Below are positions 1-10,209 of a stretch of 64,000 nt of DNA, in pieces; position 1 is the first letter of the stretch; every line of letters starts with the position of its first letter. Below the pieces are notes generated by a model. The model searched no databases and had not been told where the DNA came from. It was given only the letters and a program-made list of their open reading frames with translations. Made by a program: the position numbers and the translations under genes. This DNA comes from Candidatus Marinacidobacterales bacterium (GTDB lineage: Bacteria > Acidobacteriota > Vicinamibacteria > Marinacidobacterales > SMYC01): assembly GCA_965237955.1 (NCBI GenBank), contig OZ250169.1:7456001-7520000 (forward strand), given 5' to 3'.

Positions 1-2843
1 ACCGACAGCATCGAGTCGCGGATCGCCTCGGCGTCGAGACGCCTGAGGTTGGCATGCTGCAGCAACCGATTGGATGGGTCGGTCTCGAGAGCCGCCGGCG
101 ACGCCTGGCTACTCATCTGATAGGTTCGGGTCAGCACTAGTCGGCGGACCAGTTGCTTCACCGAATACCCATCGTCGACGAAGGCGCCGGCGAGATAGTC
201 GAGCAGCGCCGCATGGGATGGCGCATCGCCAAGCCGACCGAAATTGTCGACGGTACCGACCAGTCCATAGCCGAACAGGTAGCGCCAGAGCCGATTGACC
301 GCCACCCGCCCGGTGAGCGGGTTGTCCGGAGCGGTGATCGCATCAGCCAGACGCAACCGCACCAGGCCGGGTTCCGGAGGATACGGTTGGTCGTCGAGCG
401 CGGTCAGAAAGCTCCGAGCGACCACCTCCCCGCGGGTCTGGTGGTTGCCGCGGATCAAGAGCGGCTGGTCGGGCGCCGCCTCTTCGACGACACCCGGCGC
501 CCGACGTGCCACCGGGACATCTCGCTCGAGCGACCGATATCGGGCGACCAGTGCCCGCAACGCGACGAGATGTTCGAGTGAGCGGGGCAGCAGGTCTGCC
601 CGGACGAACTCGTCGAGAAACACGGCCTGAAGCTCGGTCAGCCGGCCGTCACGCCACGCCGACACCGCCTCGCGCAGCCGCCGGCCGACAAGCGACGCTA
701 GCGCCTGGCGCGAGGATGGGGCCTCGCCGTCGGTTCCCTGAAGCAAGTGGAGAACCGGCACGACGGTGTCACGAGGCGTCTCCTTGACGTCGTGGAACAG
801 AACCTGGCTGACTCCAATCGACGAGCGCCCATCGCCACGACGCGTAGGCCGGTTCTTGGCCCGGAAGTCTTCGCGGTCGAAGCCAAACCGTGTGACGTCG
901 TCCTGAGTCGCGAACTCGATGTAGGCCGTGAACCCCTTCCAGAAGCTGGTGTCCCACTGCACCCAGACCATCTCGTCCCGCTTGGGGCTGTAGCGAAGGT
1001 TATAGATGCCGCCGCGCGGCACGGCGTAGTTCTCGATGACGAGCAAGGCGAAGCTGAGATCCCCACCAAGCACCCGGAGGCTGATGAAGTCGTTCTCGAC
1101 GGTGAAGCGTGGCGTCTGGATGACCCCGGCATGTTTCGAAGACAGAAGGTGGGTATAGGCCCCCCCCGGATAGATCCCGTTCAGCAGCCGACCGCCGCGC
1201 CGCTCGATGGCAAACTCTCCCGGGGGCGAGGGGGCGTCCGGCCGGCCCGTACCATGACCGACGGTAGAGGCATAATCGGCCCCGCTGAAGTCCCACGCTG
1301 TCTCGAAGTGCTCGCGATTGAATCGCTCGCGGACGTCGATCTCCGACTCCCACCTGTCGCCGAGCTCGCGCCACGCGCGCGCCAGGGCACCGTCCTCGAC
1401 TTCGGCGAGCTCGCGCCAGGCGCCCAGCGCGCTGCCATCGCGCGGCTCAGGAGTCGCCTCGCGTGCGGACGCCGACTCGGCCTCACCGGCAGCCGCGTCC
1501 GCCGACTCGAGCTGCTCGAGTAGCCGCGTCGGAACCGTGTCGGCCGCCTCGAGCCAGGCTTCGGCCAGCCCGTCTCGAATGTCGACCTTGAGCGCGGCCA
1601 AGGCATCTTTGTTGGTGTCGAGCAGGGTCTCATCGTCGATGGCCCGCTGCGTCGGTCTCGCCCCGTAGAGCGTCCCGAACAACGAGTAGTAGTCCTTCTG
1701 GCTGATCGCGTCGAACTTATGGTCGTGGCACCGCGCACACGAAACGCTGAGCCCGAGAAAAGCCTTCGACACCACGTCGACCTGGTTGTCCGCCCACTTG
1801 ACCCGGTCTTCCCACGGGTCGACCGGCTGATATCCATGTTCGATGAGCCGGAAGTGGGCCGTTGCGATGATCGACTCGTTGAGCTGATTCTCGGGGTCGA
1901 GACGTGGCGTCGGCAGCAGGTCACCGGCCAGGTGCTCGCGAATCAGCTGGTCGTAAGGCACGTCGCCGTTGAACGCGCGAATCAGGTAGTCGCGATACCG
2001 CCAGGCCAGCGGGATGTCCGGGTCTCCCTCGCTGCCGTGTGACTCGCTGTAACGGAACAGGTCCATCCAGTAACGTGCCCAGCGCTCGCCGAAGTGCGAC
2101 GAGTCGAGATACCGGTCCACCAAGTCGGTGTAGGCGGTCGGCGACGTGGCGGAGGCGAACCGCGCAATCTCGGCGGGGGTCGGCGGCAACCCACGCAGGT
2201 CGAACGACAGCCGACGGATGAGCGTGTGCCGATCGGCGGGGTACGCTGGCTCGAGCCCGGCCGCTTCGAGCGAGGCGAGGATGAACCGATCGACCGCGTC
2301 CCGAGGCCAGGTGTCGTCGCGCACCGCCGGTGGATCGACCTGCCGGACCGGCTGCCACGCCCAGTGCGTGCGCCGACGCTTTGCGAGATCGAACGGCTCG
2401 GACGGATCGGGCGGGTCGGTCGCCGCCGCCACCGAGCCCTCCGGCCACGGGGCCCCCATCTCGACCCACTCGATCAGGCTCGCGATCGCCGTCGCTTCGA
2501 GCGCCCCGGTCGGTGGCATCAGCACGGGTCGTCCCTGCACGCGCTGCACGAGTGGACTGCTGAGCGGATCGCCCGGGACGATGACCGGCCCGGAATCGCC
2601 GCCGGCCCGTAGCGCCTCTCGGCTGTCGAGACGCAGACCTCCGAACGGCGTCTCGACCTGGGCGCTGTGACACTCGAAGCAGTTGTCGGCGAGCAGCGGA
2701 CGGATCTTGGTCTCAAAGAACTCGATCTGCTCGGCGCTCGGCGCACCCGCCGGGCGGGACCCCGATTGGGCTCCGACGACAGCGATGGAGGTCAGAGCAA
2801 GAAACGTGAGCGTCGCACCAGTCCAGACCATCGAGTGCTTCAT
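1..2843 (-). CDS. Planctomycete-type cytochrome c / DUF1549 / DUF1553 secreted protein, paralogue A (3' end runs off the window)
   Basis: Absent from the ORF track because it has no stop in the window. ATG at 2843 (MKHSMVWTG...). Nucleotide sequence is colinear with 7295-10209. Contains CFECH and CARCH motifs. Confidence 0.9.
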   Translation of the reverse strand, partial: MKHSMVWTGATLTFLALTSIAVVGAQSGSRPAGAPSAEQIEFFETKIRPLLADNCFECHSAQVETPFGGLRLDSREALRAGGDSGPVIVPGDPLSSPLVQRVQGRPVLMPPTGALEATAIASLIEWVEMGAPWPEGSVAAATDPPDPSEPFDLAKRRRTHWAWQPVRQVDPPAVRDDTWPRDAVDRFILASLEAAGLEPAYPADRHTLIRRLSFDLRGLPPTPAEIARFASATSPTAYTDLVDRYLDSSHFGERWARYWMDLFRYSESHGSEGDPDIPLAWRYRDYLIRAFNGDVPYDQLIREHLAGDLLPTPRLDPENQLNESIIATAHFRLIEHGYQPVDPWEDRVKWADNQVDVVSKAFLGLSVSCARCHDHKFDAISQKDYYSLFGTLYGARPTQRAIDDETLLDTNKDALAALKVDIRDGLAEAWLEAADTVPTRLLEQLESADAAAGEAESASAREATPEPRDGSALGAWRELAEVEDGALARAWRELGDRWESEIDVRERFNREHFETAWDFSGADYASTVGHGTGRPDAPSPPGEFAIERRGGRLLNGIYPGGAYTHLLSSKHAGVIQTPRFTVENDFISLRVLGGDLSFALLVIENYAVPRGGIYNLRYSPKRDEMVWVQWDTSFWKGFTAYIEFATQDDVTRFGFDREDFRAKNRPTRRGDGRSSIGVSQVLFHDVKETPRDTVVPVLHLLQGTDGEAPSSRQALASLVGRRLREAVSAWRDGRLTELQAVFLDEFVRADLLPRSLEHLVALRALVARYRSLERDVPVARRAPGVVEEAAPDQPLLIRGNHQTRGEVVARSFLTALDDQPYPPEPGLVRLRLADAITAPDNPLTGRVAVNRLWRYLFGYGLVGTVDNFGRLGDAPSHAALLDYLAGAFVDDGYSVKQLVRRLVLTRTYQMSSQASPAALETDPSNRLLQHANLRRLDAEAIRDSMLS

Positions 2844-3031
2844 AAGAAATAGGACTGTAATCTATCGTCCGCCCGTCCGCGACGCAAGTGGAGACGGAGG
2901 CTGACGAGGACTGTCTACGCAGGCCGACGCCCGGCCGGGGAACGGAGCTGCATGCTCATGTGCTCTTCGAACATTCCTTGCTGACTAGCTGTCGGTGGGC
3001 TAAGAAGCTTGAGTTCTTCGAACGAAGTGAC

Positions 3032-3052
3032 GAGAGAGAGAGAGAGAGAGAG
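3032..3052. repeat. (GA)10 dinucleotide microsatellite
   Basis: gagagagagagagagagagag, intergenic, about 85 bp upstream of the dehydratase start. Confidence 0.9.
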
Positions 3053-3137
3053 CTTTCGACGTTCATAGGCCAGCTTATCATTTTCGAACTGGAGCGTGGG
3101 CGGCCGCGACAGGCTATCATCATGATCGCCAGAGGGC

Positions 3138-4106
3138 ATGATGCACGAACCTCATGAACCGATCCCGCTGAAGGATATCGAGGAGGCGCGCGAGCGCATC
3201 CGGGGATTCGCCATTCGGACCCCGCTCGTCCGCCTTAATGCTGATGCGCCGGGCTACGTTTATCTCAAGCTCGAGAATCTTCAGCCCATATCGGCTTTCA
3301 AGATTCGCGGCGCCAGTAACGCCATGGCCCTCACCGAAAAGGCAAAGCTCGCGAACGGCGTTTACACCTCGAGCGCGGGGAACATGGCCCAGGGGGTCGC
3401 ATGGAACGCGCGCCGATTGGGCATTCCCGCGACCATCGTCGTTCCCGAGCACGCACCGGAATCCAAGCTCGCCGCTATCGAGCGACTAGGCGCCGACTAC
3501 ATCAAGGTTCCCTACGAGGAGTGGTGGCAGGTGATGTCCACGCACCATTACGCCCCACTCGCCGACCGGCTCTTCATCCACCCTTCGAGCAGCCCCGCGG
3601 TCATGGCGGGCAACGGGACCATCGGCCTCGAGATCCTGGAGGACTTGCCGGACGTGGACGCCATCCTCATCCCCTACGGAAGTGGAGGACTGAGCTCGGG
3701 GATCGGATGTGCCATCCGAGCCCTCAAACCCGCCACGAAGATTCTCGCCTGCGAAGTGGAGACCGCTGCCCCAGTGGCTCCGTCGCTTGCGGCGGGCTCG
3801 ATTCAGGAGGTTCGCTACACGCCGAGCTTCGCAGACGGGCTCGGTGCAAAAACCATTCTGCCCGAGATGTGGCCTCTGGTAAGGAGCCTACTCGATGGCG
3901 CCCTCGTCGTGAGCCTGCGGGAAACGGCGGACGCCATCCGCCTCCTGGTGGAGCGCAATCGCGTCGTCGCCGAAGGAGCCGGCGCGGCGCCGGTGGCGGC
4001 GGCTCTTTCGGGCAAAGCCGGAAGGGGAAAGCTCGTGTGCGTTGTCTCAGGAGGAAACATCGACTCGGAGAAGCTGGCAACGATTCTCCGAGGTGAGATT
4101 CCGTGA
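3138..4106 (+). CDS. PLP-dependent threonine/serine dehydratase (fold type II)
   Basis: LKLENLQPISAFKIRGA (PLP lysine), SSAGN, GSGGL and SGGN motifs; no ACT domain. Confidence 0.9.
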   Translation: MMHEPHEPIPLKDIEEARERIRGFAIRTPLVRLNADAPGYVYLKLENLQPISAFKIRGASNAMALTEKAKLANGVYTSSAGNMAQGVAWNARRLGIPATIVVPEHAPESKLAAIERLGADYIKVPYEEWWQVMSTHHYAPLADRLFIHPSSSPAVMAGNGTIGLEILEDLPDVDAILIPYGSGGLSSGIGCAIRALKPATKILACEVETAAPVAPSLAAGSIQEVRYTPSFADGLGAKTILPEMWPLVRSLLDGALVVSLRETADAIRLLVERNRVVAEGAGAAPVAAALSGKAGRGKLVCVVSGGNIDSEKLATILRGEIP

Positions 4107-4131
4107 AGCCACTCAGACGGAGCGAAGACTG

Positions 4132-5320
4132 CTAGTCCCCCGGATCTTTAATTACTGTCCAAATTCGATTTGCCATGTGTATCGAGCGTTCGCTGGGCGA
4201 ACCGAGCGATGGTTTCGAGGATTTGGTCGGCGGATTTCGTCCACTTGAACGGCTTTGGGTTCTCGTTGTGAGCATCGAGATAGTCTTGTATCGCAACGCG
4301 GAGCTGAGGCACGCTCGTGTGCGAGCCTCGTCGCAAGGCGTGTTCGGTGAGCAAGCCAAAGAAGCGCTCAGCGAAGTTGAGCCAAGAGGCGTGTGTCGGT
4401 GTGAAGTGAAAGTGGAACCGAGGTCGCTTGGAAAGCCAGCGTTTGATCGCCGGTGTCTTGTGCGTGGCGAGATTGTCGAGCACGACGTGGATGTCCAACT
4501 CGCTGGGAACGGCTGCTTCGATCTCAGCGAGGAACTTCTTGAACTCTAGCGCTCGATGTCGCGCGTAGCACTTTCCGAAGACTTCACCTGTTGCGGCGTC
4601 GAGTGCGGCAAACAGGTCAGTCGTTCCATGCCGAATGTAGTCGTGGGTTTGTCGCTCGGGCTGGCCCAAGCTCATGGGCAGGACAGGTTGAGCACGCTCG
4701 AGCGCTTGAATCTGCGATTTCTCGTCGACGCACAGGACGACCGCGTTATCCGGTGGGTTCATATACAGGCCAACAACGTCGCGTACTTTTTCGACCAGTT
4801 GTGGGTCTTGCGAGAGACGAAACGATTCCGAGCGGTGCGGTTGAAGCCCGAACGTTCGCCAAATACGTCCAATCGTCGAATGACTCAGCCCAAGATGCTT
4901 GGCCATCGAGCGCGTACTCCAATGGGTTCTCCCCTTTGGAGTCGTCTCCAGCGTCTTGGTCACGACTTCCTCGATCTGGTCATCGCCGATTTTGCGAGCC
5001 GCTCCCGGCCGAGGTTCGTCGTACAACCCTTCCATTCGTTGTTCTACAAAGCGTCTTCGCCACTTGCCCACCGTGCTCCTCATGGTGTGCATCTTCCTAG
5101 CAACTTCCATATTCGTCAGACCCGCCGCGCAATCCAGCACGATCTTCGCTCGGAAGGCTTGGTGCGGCGAACTACGGCTGCGTCGCGCCAGTCGCGTCAG
5201 CGCTTCGCTTTCTTGAGACGACAGCTTCAATTCGGCTTTTCGCCGGCCCTTGTGTTTCATGCATTTAGCAGATCACAGAAGGGCCGGTGTTGTCTAGCTT
5301 TTTCTGTTCCATGGGACTAG
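4132..5320 (-). mobile_element. IS630-family insertion sequence
   Basis: Ends read CTAGTCCCCCGGA (4132) and, on the reverse strand, CTAGTCCCATGGA (5320). CTAG/TA occurs at both junctions. Encloses an intact transposase. Confidence 0.9.
4148..5260 (-). CDS. IS630 family transposase
   Basis: N-terminal HTH; [20 protein letters not shown] and SWLNFAE DDE motifs. Confidence 0.95.
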   Translation of the reverse strand: MKHKGRRKAELKLSSQESEALTRLARRSRSSPHQAFRAKIVLDCAAGLTNMEVARKMHTMRSTVGKWRRRFVEQRMEGLYDEPRPGAARKIGDDQIEEVVTKTLETTPKGRTHWSTRSMAKHLGLSHSTIGRIWRTFGLQPHRSESFRLSQDPQLVEKVRDVVGLYMNPPDNAVVLCVDEKSQIQALERAQPVLPMSLGQPERQTHDYIRHGTTDLFAALDAATGEVFGKCYARHRALEFKKFLAEIEAAVPSELDIHVVLDNLATHKTPAIKRWLSKRPRFHFHFTPTHASWLNFAERFFGLLTEHALRRGSHTSVPQLRVAIQDYLDAHNENPKPFKWTKSADQILETIARFAQRTLDTHGKSNLDSN

Positions 5321-5345
5321 CAGGTTGGTGTTCTCGAGGAGCCTC

Positions 5346-6782
5346 CTACGCGAGGATGCCGCGGATCGGGTGCCCGTCGACGTCAGCCAGGCGGAAGTCG
5401 CGCCCGCCGAACCGGTAGGTCAAGCCTCGATAGTCGAGGCCAAGCAAGGTGAGCACGGTGGCATGCAGGTCCCGCACGGTGTGGGCGTTCTCGACGGCCC
5501 GGTAGCCATACTCGTCGGTCTGGCCGTAGATGAACCCTTTCTTGAGTCCACCGCCGGCTAACCAGAGGCTAAAGCCATGGGGGTTGTGATCGCGCCCGTC
5601 GTTGGGGACCTGCGCAAACGGAGTCCGGCCGAACTCGCTCGAGAAGATAACGAGCGTCTCGTCGAGCAACCCGCGCGACTTGAGATCCTTGACCAACCCG
5701 GCCAACGGCTGGTCGACGGTCATCGCTTTCGCGGAGTGCCCCTCCTCGATCCTGCTGTGGTGGTCCCAGGTGCCGACCATCGTCAGCTCAACGAACCGGA
5801 CCCCCCGCTCGACGAGCCGCCGCGCCAACAGACACTGGCGCCCATAGACGGCCGTGGAGTTGTTCGGCGAATCGAGCCCATAGAGCTTCTTGGTCGCCTC
5901 GGTCTCGCCGGCCAGATCGACCAGCTCGGGCACCGCCGTCTGCATGCGGTAGGCGATCTCATAGTTGTCGATCGCCGCCTCGACCTGCCGATCCCCACCG
6001 ATCCGCTCGAGAAACCCGGTGTTTAGATCGCCGATAACACGTAGCCGGTCGCGCTGCTTCCGGTCTGTCTCGCTTGGTCGGACGTTGTTGAGCGGCTCGG
6101 CTCTCTCCGGGTAGATGATCGAACCTTGATGAATCACCGGGAGGAACCCGTTGCCGAACATGTTGACCCCGCCGACCGGGATACGGCCGCTGGCCAGCAC
6201 CACGAATCCCGGGAGATTCTGGTTCTCGGTGCCGAGCCCGTAGGTGATCCAGGAGCCCATGCTGGGGAACCCGGTAAACGGCATGCCGCAATGGAAGTAG
6301 AAATTCGCCTGGGAGTGCTCCGTGAACGGGGAGGTCATCGAGCGGATGACGGTTAACTCGTCGGCGACGCTCCCGATGTGCGGGAACAACGCGCTCACCG
6401 GGATGCCGCTCTGCCCGTAACGGGTGAACTCCCAGGGACTCGGCATGATGTTGCCGTCGTTGTTGAACATCGTCCGTTCGGTCTGGAACGGCATCGGCTC
6501 CCCGGCCTCAGCCGCGAGCCGCGGTTTGGGATCGAAGGAGTCGACTTGCGAGAGCGCCCCCGCCATGTAACAAAAGATGACGTTCTTCACCCTGGGCGCG
6601 AAGGGCGGCGTCTTCGCCGCCAGCGGCCCGTCGGTGACCGCCTGGCCCAGTCCGGCGTAGGACGAGTCGGCCATGAGCGCCGACAGGGCGAGCATGCCGA
6701 ACCCGGTCGAGGTCTGCCGCAACATCTCGCGGCGGGTCAGGAAGGGGCGCGGTGCAGGATGATGACGTGGGTCGTAACACAT
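5346..6782 (-). CDS. DUF1501 domain protein (Tat-exported, sulfatase-like family)
   Basis: TRREML Tat motif; SQVDSFDPKP, ARRLVERGVRFV, WDHH, EFGRTP and GRDHNP motifs. Lies directly downstream of the DUF1553 gene. Confidence 0.9.
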   Translation of the reverse strand: MCYDPRHHPAPRPFLTRREMLRQTSTGFGMLALSALMADSSYAGLGQAVTDGPLAAKTPPFAPRVKNVIFCYMAGALSQVDSFDPKPRLAAEAGEPMPFQTERTMFNNDGNIMPSPWEFTRYGQSGIPVSALFPHIGSVADELTVIRSMTSPFTEHSQANFYFHCGMPFTGFPSMGSWITYGLGTENQNLPGFVVLASGRIPVGGVNMFGNGFLPVIHQGSIIYPERAEPLNNVRPSETDRKQRDRLRVIGDLNTGFLERIGGDRQVEAAIDNYEIAYRMQTAVPELVDLAGETEATKKLYGLDSPNNSTAVYGRQCLLARRLVERGVRFVELTMVGTWDHHSRIEEGHSAKAMTVDQPLAGLVKDLKSRGLLDETLVIFSSEFGRTPFAQVPNDGRDHNPHGFSLWLAGGGLKKGFIYGQTDEYGYRAVENAHTVRDLHATVLTLLGLDYRGLTYRFGGRDFRLADVDGHPIRGILA

Positions 6783-6798
6783 CGGAGGCCTCGATCTT

Positions 6799-9700
6799 CT
6801 ACCGGATGAAGACGTACTCCATCAGATTGAACATACTGTGGGCGACGTCCTGCCACACCTCGGAGTCGTAGAGCAGGAGGTCCTCGGAGGTGCCGCGCTG
6901 CGACGCCACGGCGGTCAGATAGTCCGTCATCCGAGCTCGCTCCGCGGCGGTCGGTTGCCGAGCCAGCGCCTTGAGAAACATGTGGTCGAGACGTCCGCCG
7001 ACCGTGCCCGCCTCGTTCTCGGCGAGACGGCGACCCCATTCGGCCGCCTGGCCGATGACGAACGGGCTGTTCAGCAGCGTGAGTGACTGCGCCGGGACGT
7101 TGGTCGCATCGCGCTGGCCACGGGTCGTCACCGGCTTCGGCAGGTTGAACACCTCCAGGAACGGGTTGTGGACGTTTCGACGGATCTCCTGGTAGATGCT
7201 ACGTCGCCCCTCGCCGTCGACCGGGCCGTTGTCCCTGTTTCTTAGGAGGACCGGCACCGACGGGCCATACATCGTCGGGTCGAACCGACCTGACACCGAC
7301 AGCATCGAGTCGCGGATCGCCTCGGCGTCGAGCCGCCTGAGGTTGGCATGCTGCAGCAACCGATTGGACGGGTCGGTCTCGAGAGCCGCCGGCGACGCCT
7401 GGCTACTCATCTGATAGGTTCGGGTCAGCACCAGTCGGCGGACCAGTTGCTTCACCGAATACCCATCGTCGACGAAGGCGCCGGCGAGATAGTCGAGCAG
7501 CGCGGCATGGGATGGCGCATCGCCAAGCCGACCGAAATTGTCGACGGTACCGACCAGGCCATAGCCGAACAGGTAGCGCCAGAGCCGATTGACCGCCACT
7601 CGCCCAGTGAGCGGGTTGTCGGGAGCGGTGATCGCATCAGCCAGATGCAACCGCACCAGGCCCGGTTCGGGAGGATACGGTTGGTCGTCGAGCGCGGTCA
7701 GAAAGCCCCGAGCGACCACCTCTCCGCGGGTCTGGTGGTTGCCGCGGATCAAGAGCGGCTGGTCGGGCGCCGCCTCTTCGACGACACCCGGCGCCCGACG
7801 TGCCACCGGGACATCCCGCTCGAGCAACCGATATCGGGCGACCAGTGCCCGCAACGCGACGAGATGATCGAGTGAGCGGGGCAGCAGGTCTGCCCGGACG
7901 AACTCGTCGAGAAACACGGCCTCCCGCTCGGTCAGCCGACCGTCACGCCACGCCGACACTGCGTTGCGCAGCCGCCGGCCGACAAGCGACGCTAGCGCCT
8001 GGCGCGAGGATGGGGCCTCGCCGTCGCTCGCCTCCAGCAAGTGGAGAACCGGCACGACGGTGTCGCGAGGGGTCTCCTCGACGTCGTGGAACAGAACCTG
8101 GCTGACCCCGATCGACGAGCGCCCATCGCCGCGACGCGTAGGCCGGTTCGTGGCTAGGCTGTCTTCGGGATCGAAGGTGAAGTGCGTGACGTCGTTCTGT
8201 GTCGCGAACTCGATGTAGGCCGTGAACCCCTTCCAGAAGCTGGTGTCCCACTGCGCCCAGACCATCTCGTCCCGCTTCGGGCTGTAGCTCAGGTGATAGA
8301 TGCTGCCGCGCGGCACGGCGTGGTTCTCGATGATGAGCGTGGCGAAGCTGAGCCACGAACCACCGAGCGAAAGTCCCGTATTCCCACCGAGCACCCGCAG
8401 GCTGATGAAGTCGTTCTCGATAGGGAAGCGTGGCGTCTGGATGACCCCGGCATGTTTCGAAGACAGAAGGTGGGTATAGGCCCCCCCCGGATAGATCCCG
8501 TTCAGCACCCGGCACCTCACGCGCGCGGAGTTCACGCACGGGATCCCAATGGCAAACTCTCCCGGGGGCGAGGGGGCATCCGGCCGGCCCGTGCCATGAC
8601 CGACGGTTGCGGCATAATCGGCCCCGCTGAGGTCCCACGCCGTCTCGAAGTGCTCGCGATTGAATCGCTCGCGGGCGTCGATCTCCGACTCCCACCTGTC
8701 GCCGAGCTCGCGCCACGCGCGCGCCAGGGCAGCGTCCTCGACTTCGGCGAGCTCGCGCCAGGCGCCCAGCGCGCTGCCATCGCGCGGCTCAGGAGTCGCC
8801 CCGCGTGTCATGAACACGAACGGCACGTTGACGACGGACGCCGACTCAGCCTCACCGGCAGCCGCGTCCGCCGGCTCGAGATCCTCGAGTAGCCGCGTCG
8901 GAACCGTGTTGGCCGCCTCGAGCCAGGCCTCGGCCAGCCGGTCTCGAATGTCGACCTTGAGCGCGGCCAAGGCATCTTTGTTGGTGTCGAGCAGGGTCGG
9001 ATCGTCGATGGCCCGCTGCGTCGGTCTCGCCCCGTAGAGCGTCCCGAACAACGAGTAGTAGTCCTTCTGGCTGATCGCGTCGAACTTGTGGTCGTGGCAC
9101 CGCGCGCACGAAACGCTGAGCCCGAGAAAAGCCTTCGACACGACGTCGACCTGGTTGTCCGTCCACTTGACCCGGTCTTCCCACGGGTCGACCGGCTGAT
9201 AGCCATGTTCGACGAGCCGAAAGTGGGCGGTTCCGATGATCGACTCGTTGAGCTGATTCTCAGTGTCGAGACGTGGTGTCGGCAGCAGGTCACCGGCCAG
9301 GTGCTCGCGAATCAGCTGGTCGTAAGGCACGTCGCCGTTGAACGCGCGAATCAGGTAGTCGCGATACCGCCAGGCCAGCGGGATGGACGGGTCTCCCTCG
9401 CTGCCGTGTGACTCGCTGTAACGGAACAGGTCCATCCAGTGACGCGCCCAGCGCTCGCCGAAGTGCGGCGAGTCGAGATACCGGTCCACCAGGTCGGTGT
9501 AGGCGGTCGGCGACGTGGCGGAGACGAACCGCGCAATCTCGGCGAGGGTCGGCGGCAACCCACGCAGGTCGAACGACAGCCGACGGATGAGCGTGTGCCG
9601 ATCGGCGGGGTACGCTGGCTCGAGCCCGGCCGCTTCGAGCGAGGCGAGGATGAACCGATCGACCGCGTCCCGAGGCCAGGCGTCGTCGCGCACCGCCGGT

Positions 9701-10209
9701 GGATCGACCTGCCGGACCGGCTGCCACGCCCAGTGCGTGCGCCGACGCTTTGCGAGATCGAACGGCTCGGATGGATCGGGCGGGTCGGTCGCTGCCACCG
9801 AGCCCTCCGGCCACGGGGCCCCCATCTCGACCCACTCGATCAGGCTCGCGATCGCCGTCGCTTCGAGCGCCCCGGTCGGTGGCATCAGCACGGGTCGTCC
9901 CTGCACGCGCTGCACGAGTGGACTGCTGAGCGGATCGCCCGGGACGATGACCGGCCCGGAATCGCCGCCGGCCCGTAGCGCCTCTCGGCTGTCGAGACGC
10001 AGACCTCCGAACGGCGTCTCGACCTGGGCGCTGTGACACTCGAAGCAGTTGTCGGCGAGCAGCGGACGGATCTTGGTCTCAAAGAACTCGATCTGCTCGG
10101 CGCTCGGCGCACCCGCCGGGCGGGACCCCGATTGGGCTCCGACGACAGCGATGGAGGTCAGCGCAAGAAACGCGAGCGTCGCACCAGTCCAGACCATCGA
10201 GTGCTTCAT
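6799..10209 (-). CDS. Planctomycete-type cytochrome c / DUF1549 / DUF1553 secreted protein, paralogue B
   Basis: Signal peptide; FFETKIRPLLADNCFECH; GERWARHWMD; CARCHDHKFD; VNRLW...FG.GLV.T.DNFG; RRLDAEAIRDSML; PAQSLTLLN. Confidence 0.92.
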   Translation of the reverse strand: MKHSMVWTGATLAFLALTSIAVVGAQSGSRPAGAPSAEQIEFFETKIRPLLADNCFECHSAQVETPFGGLRLDSREALRAGGDSGPVIVPGDPLSSPLVQRVQGRPVLMPPTGALEATAIASLIEWVEMGAPWPEGSVAATDPPDPSEPFDLAKRRRTHWAWQPVRQVDPPAVRDDAWPRDAVDRFILASLEAAGLEPAYPADRHTLIRRLSFDLRGLPPTLAEIARFVSATSPTAYTDLVDRYLDSPHFGERWARHWMDLFRYSESHGSEGDPSIPLAWRYRDYLIRAFNGDVPYDQLIREHLAGDLLPTPRLDTENQLNESIIGTAHFRLVEHGYQPVDPWEDRVKWTDNQVDVVSKAFLGLSVSCARCHDHKFDAISQKDYYSLFGTLYGARPTQRAIDDPTLLDTNKDALAALKVDIRDRLAEAWLEAANTVPTRLLEDLEPADAAAGEAESASVVNVPFVFMTRGATPEPRDGSALGAWRELAEVEDAALARAWRELGDRWESEIDARERFNREHFETAWDLSGADYAATVGHGTGRPDAPSPPGEFAIGIPCVNSARVRCRVLNGIYPGGAYTHLLSSKHAGVIQTPRFPIENDFISLRVLGGNTGLSLGGSWLSFATLIIENHAVPRGSIYHLSYSPKRDEMVWAQWDTSFWKGFTAYIEFATQNDVTHFTFDPEDSLATNRPTRRGDGRSSIGVSQVLFHDVEETPRDTVVPVLHLLEASDGEAPSSRQALASLVGRRLRNAVSAWRDGRLTEREAVFLDEFVRADLLPRSLDHLVALRALVARYRLLERDVPVARRAPGVVEEAAPDQPLLIRGNHQTRGEVVARGFLTALDDQPYPPEPGLVRLHLADAITAPDNPLTGRVAVNRLWRYLFGYGLVGTVDNFGRLGDAPSHAALLDYLAGAFVDDGYSVKQLVRRLVLTRTYQMSSQASPAALETDPSNRLLQHANLRRLDAEAIRDSMLSVSGRFDPTMYGPSVPVLLRNRDNGPVDGEGRRSIYQEIRRNVHNPFLEVFNLPKPVTTRGQRDATNVPAQSLTLLNSPFVIGQAAEWGRRLAENEAGTVGGRLDHMFLKALARQPTAAERARMTDYLTAVASQRGTSEDLLLYDSEVWQDVAHSMFNLMEYVFIR

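Noticed and set aside
2915-3139. 74-aa minus-strand ORF through the GA tract
   Set aside because: No recognisable domain, and the LSLSLSL stretch is just the microsatellite. It could be a gene remnant but this is unsupported.
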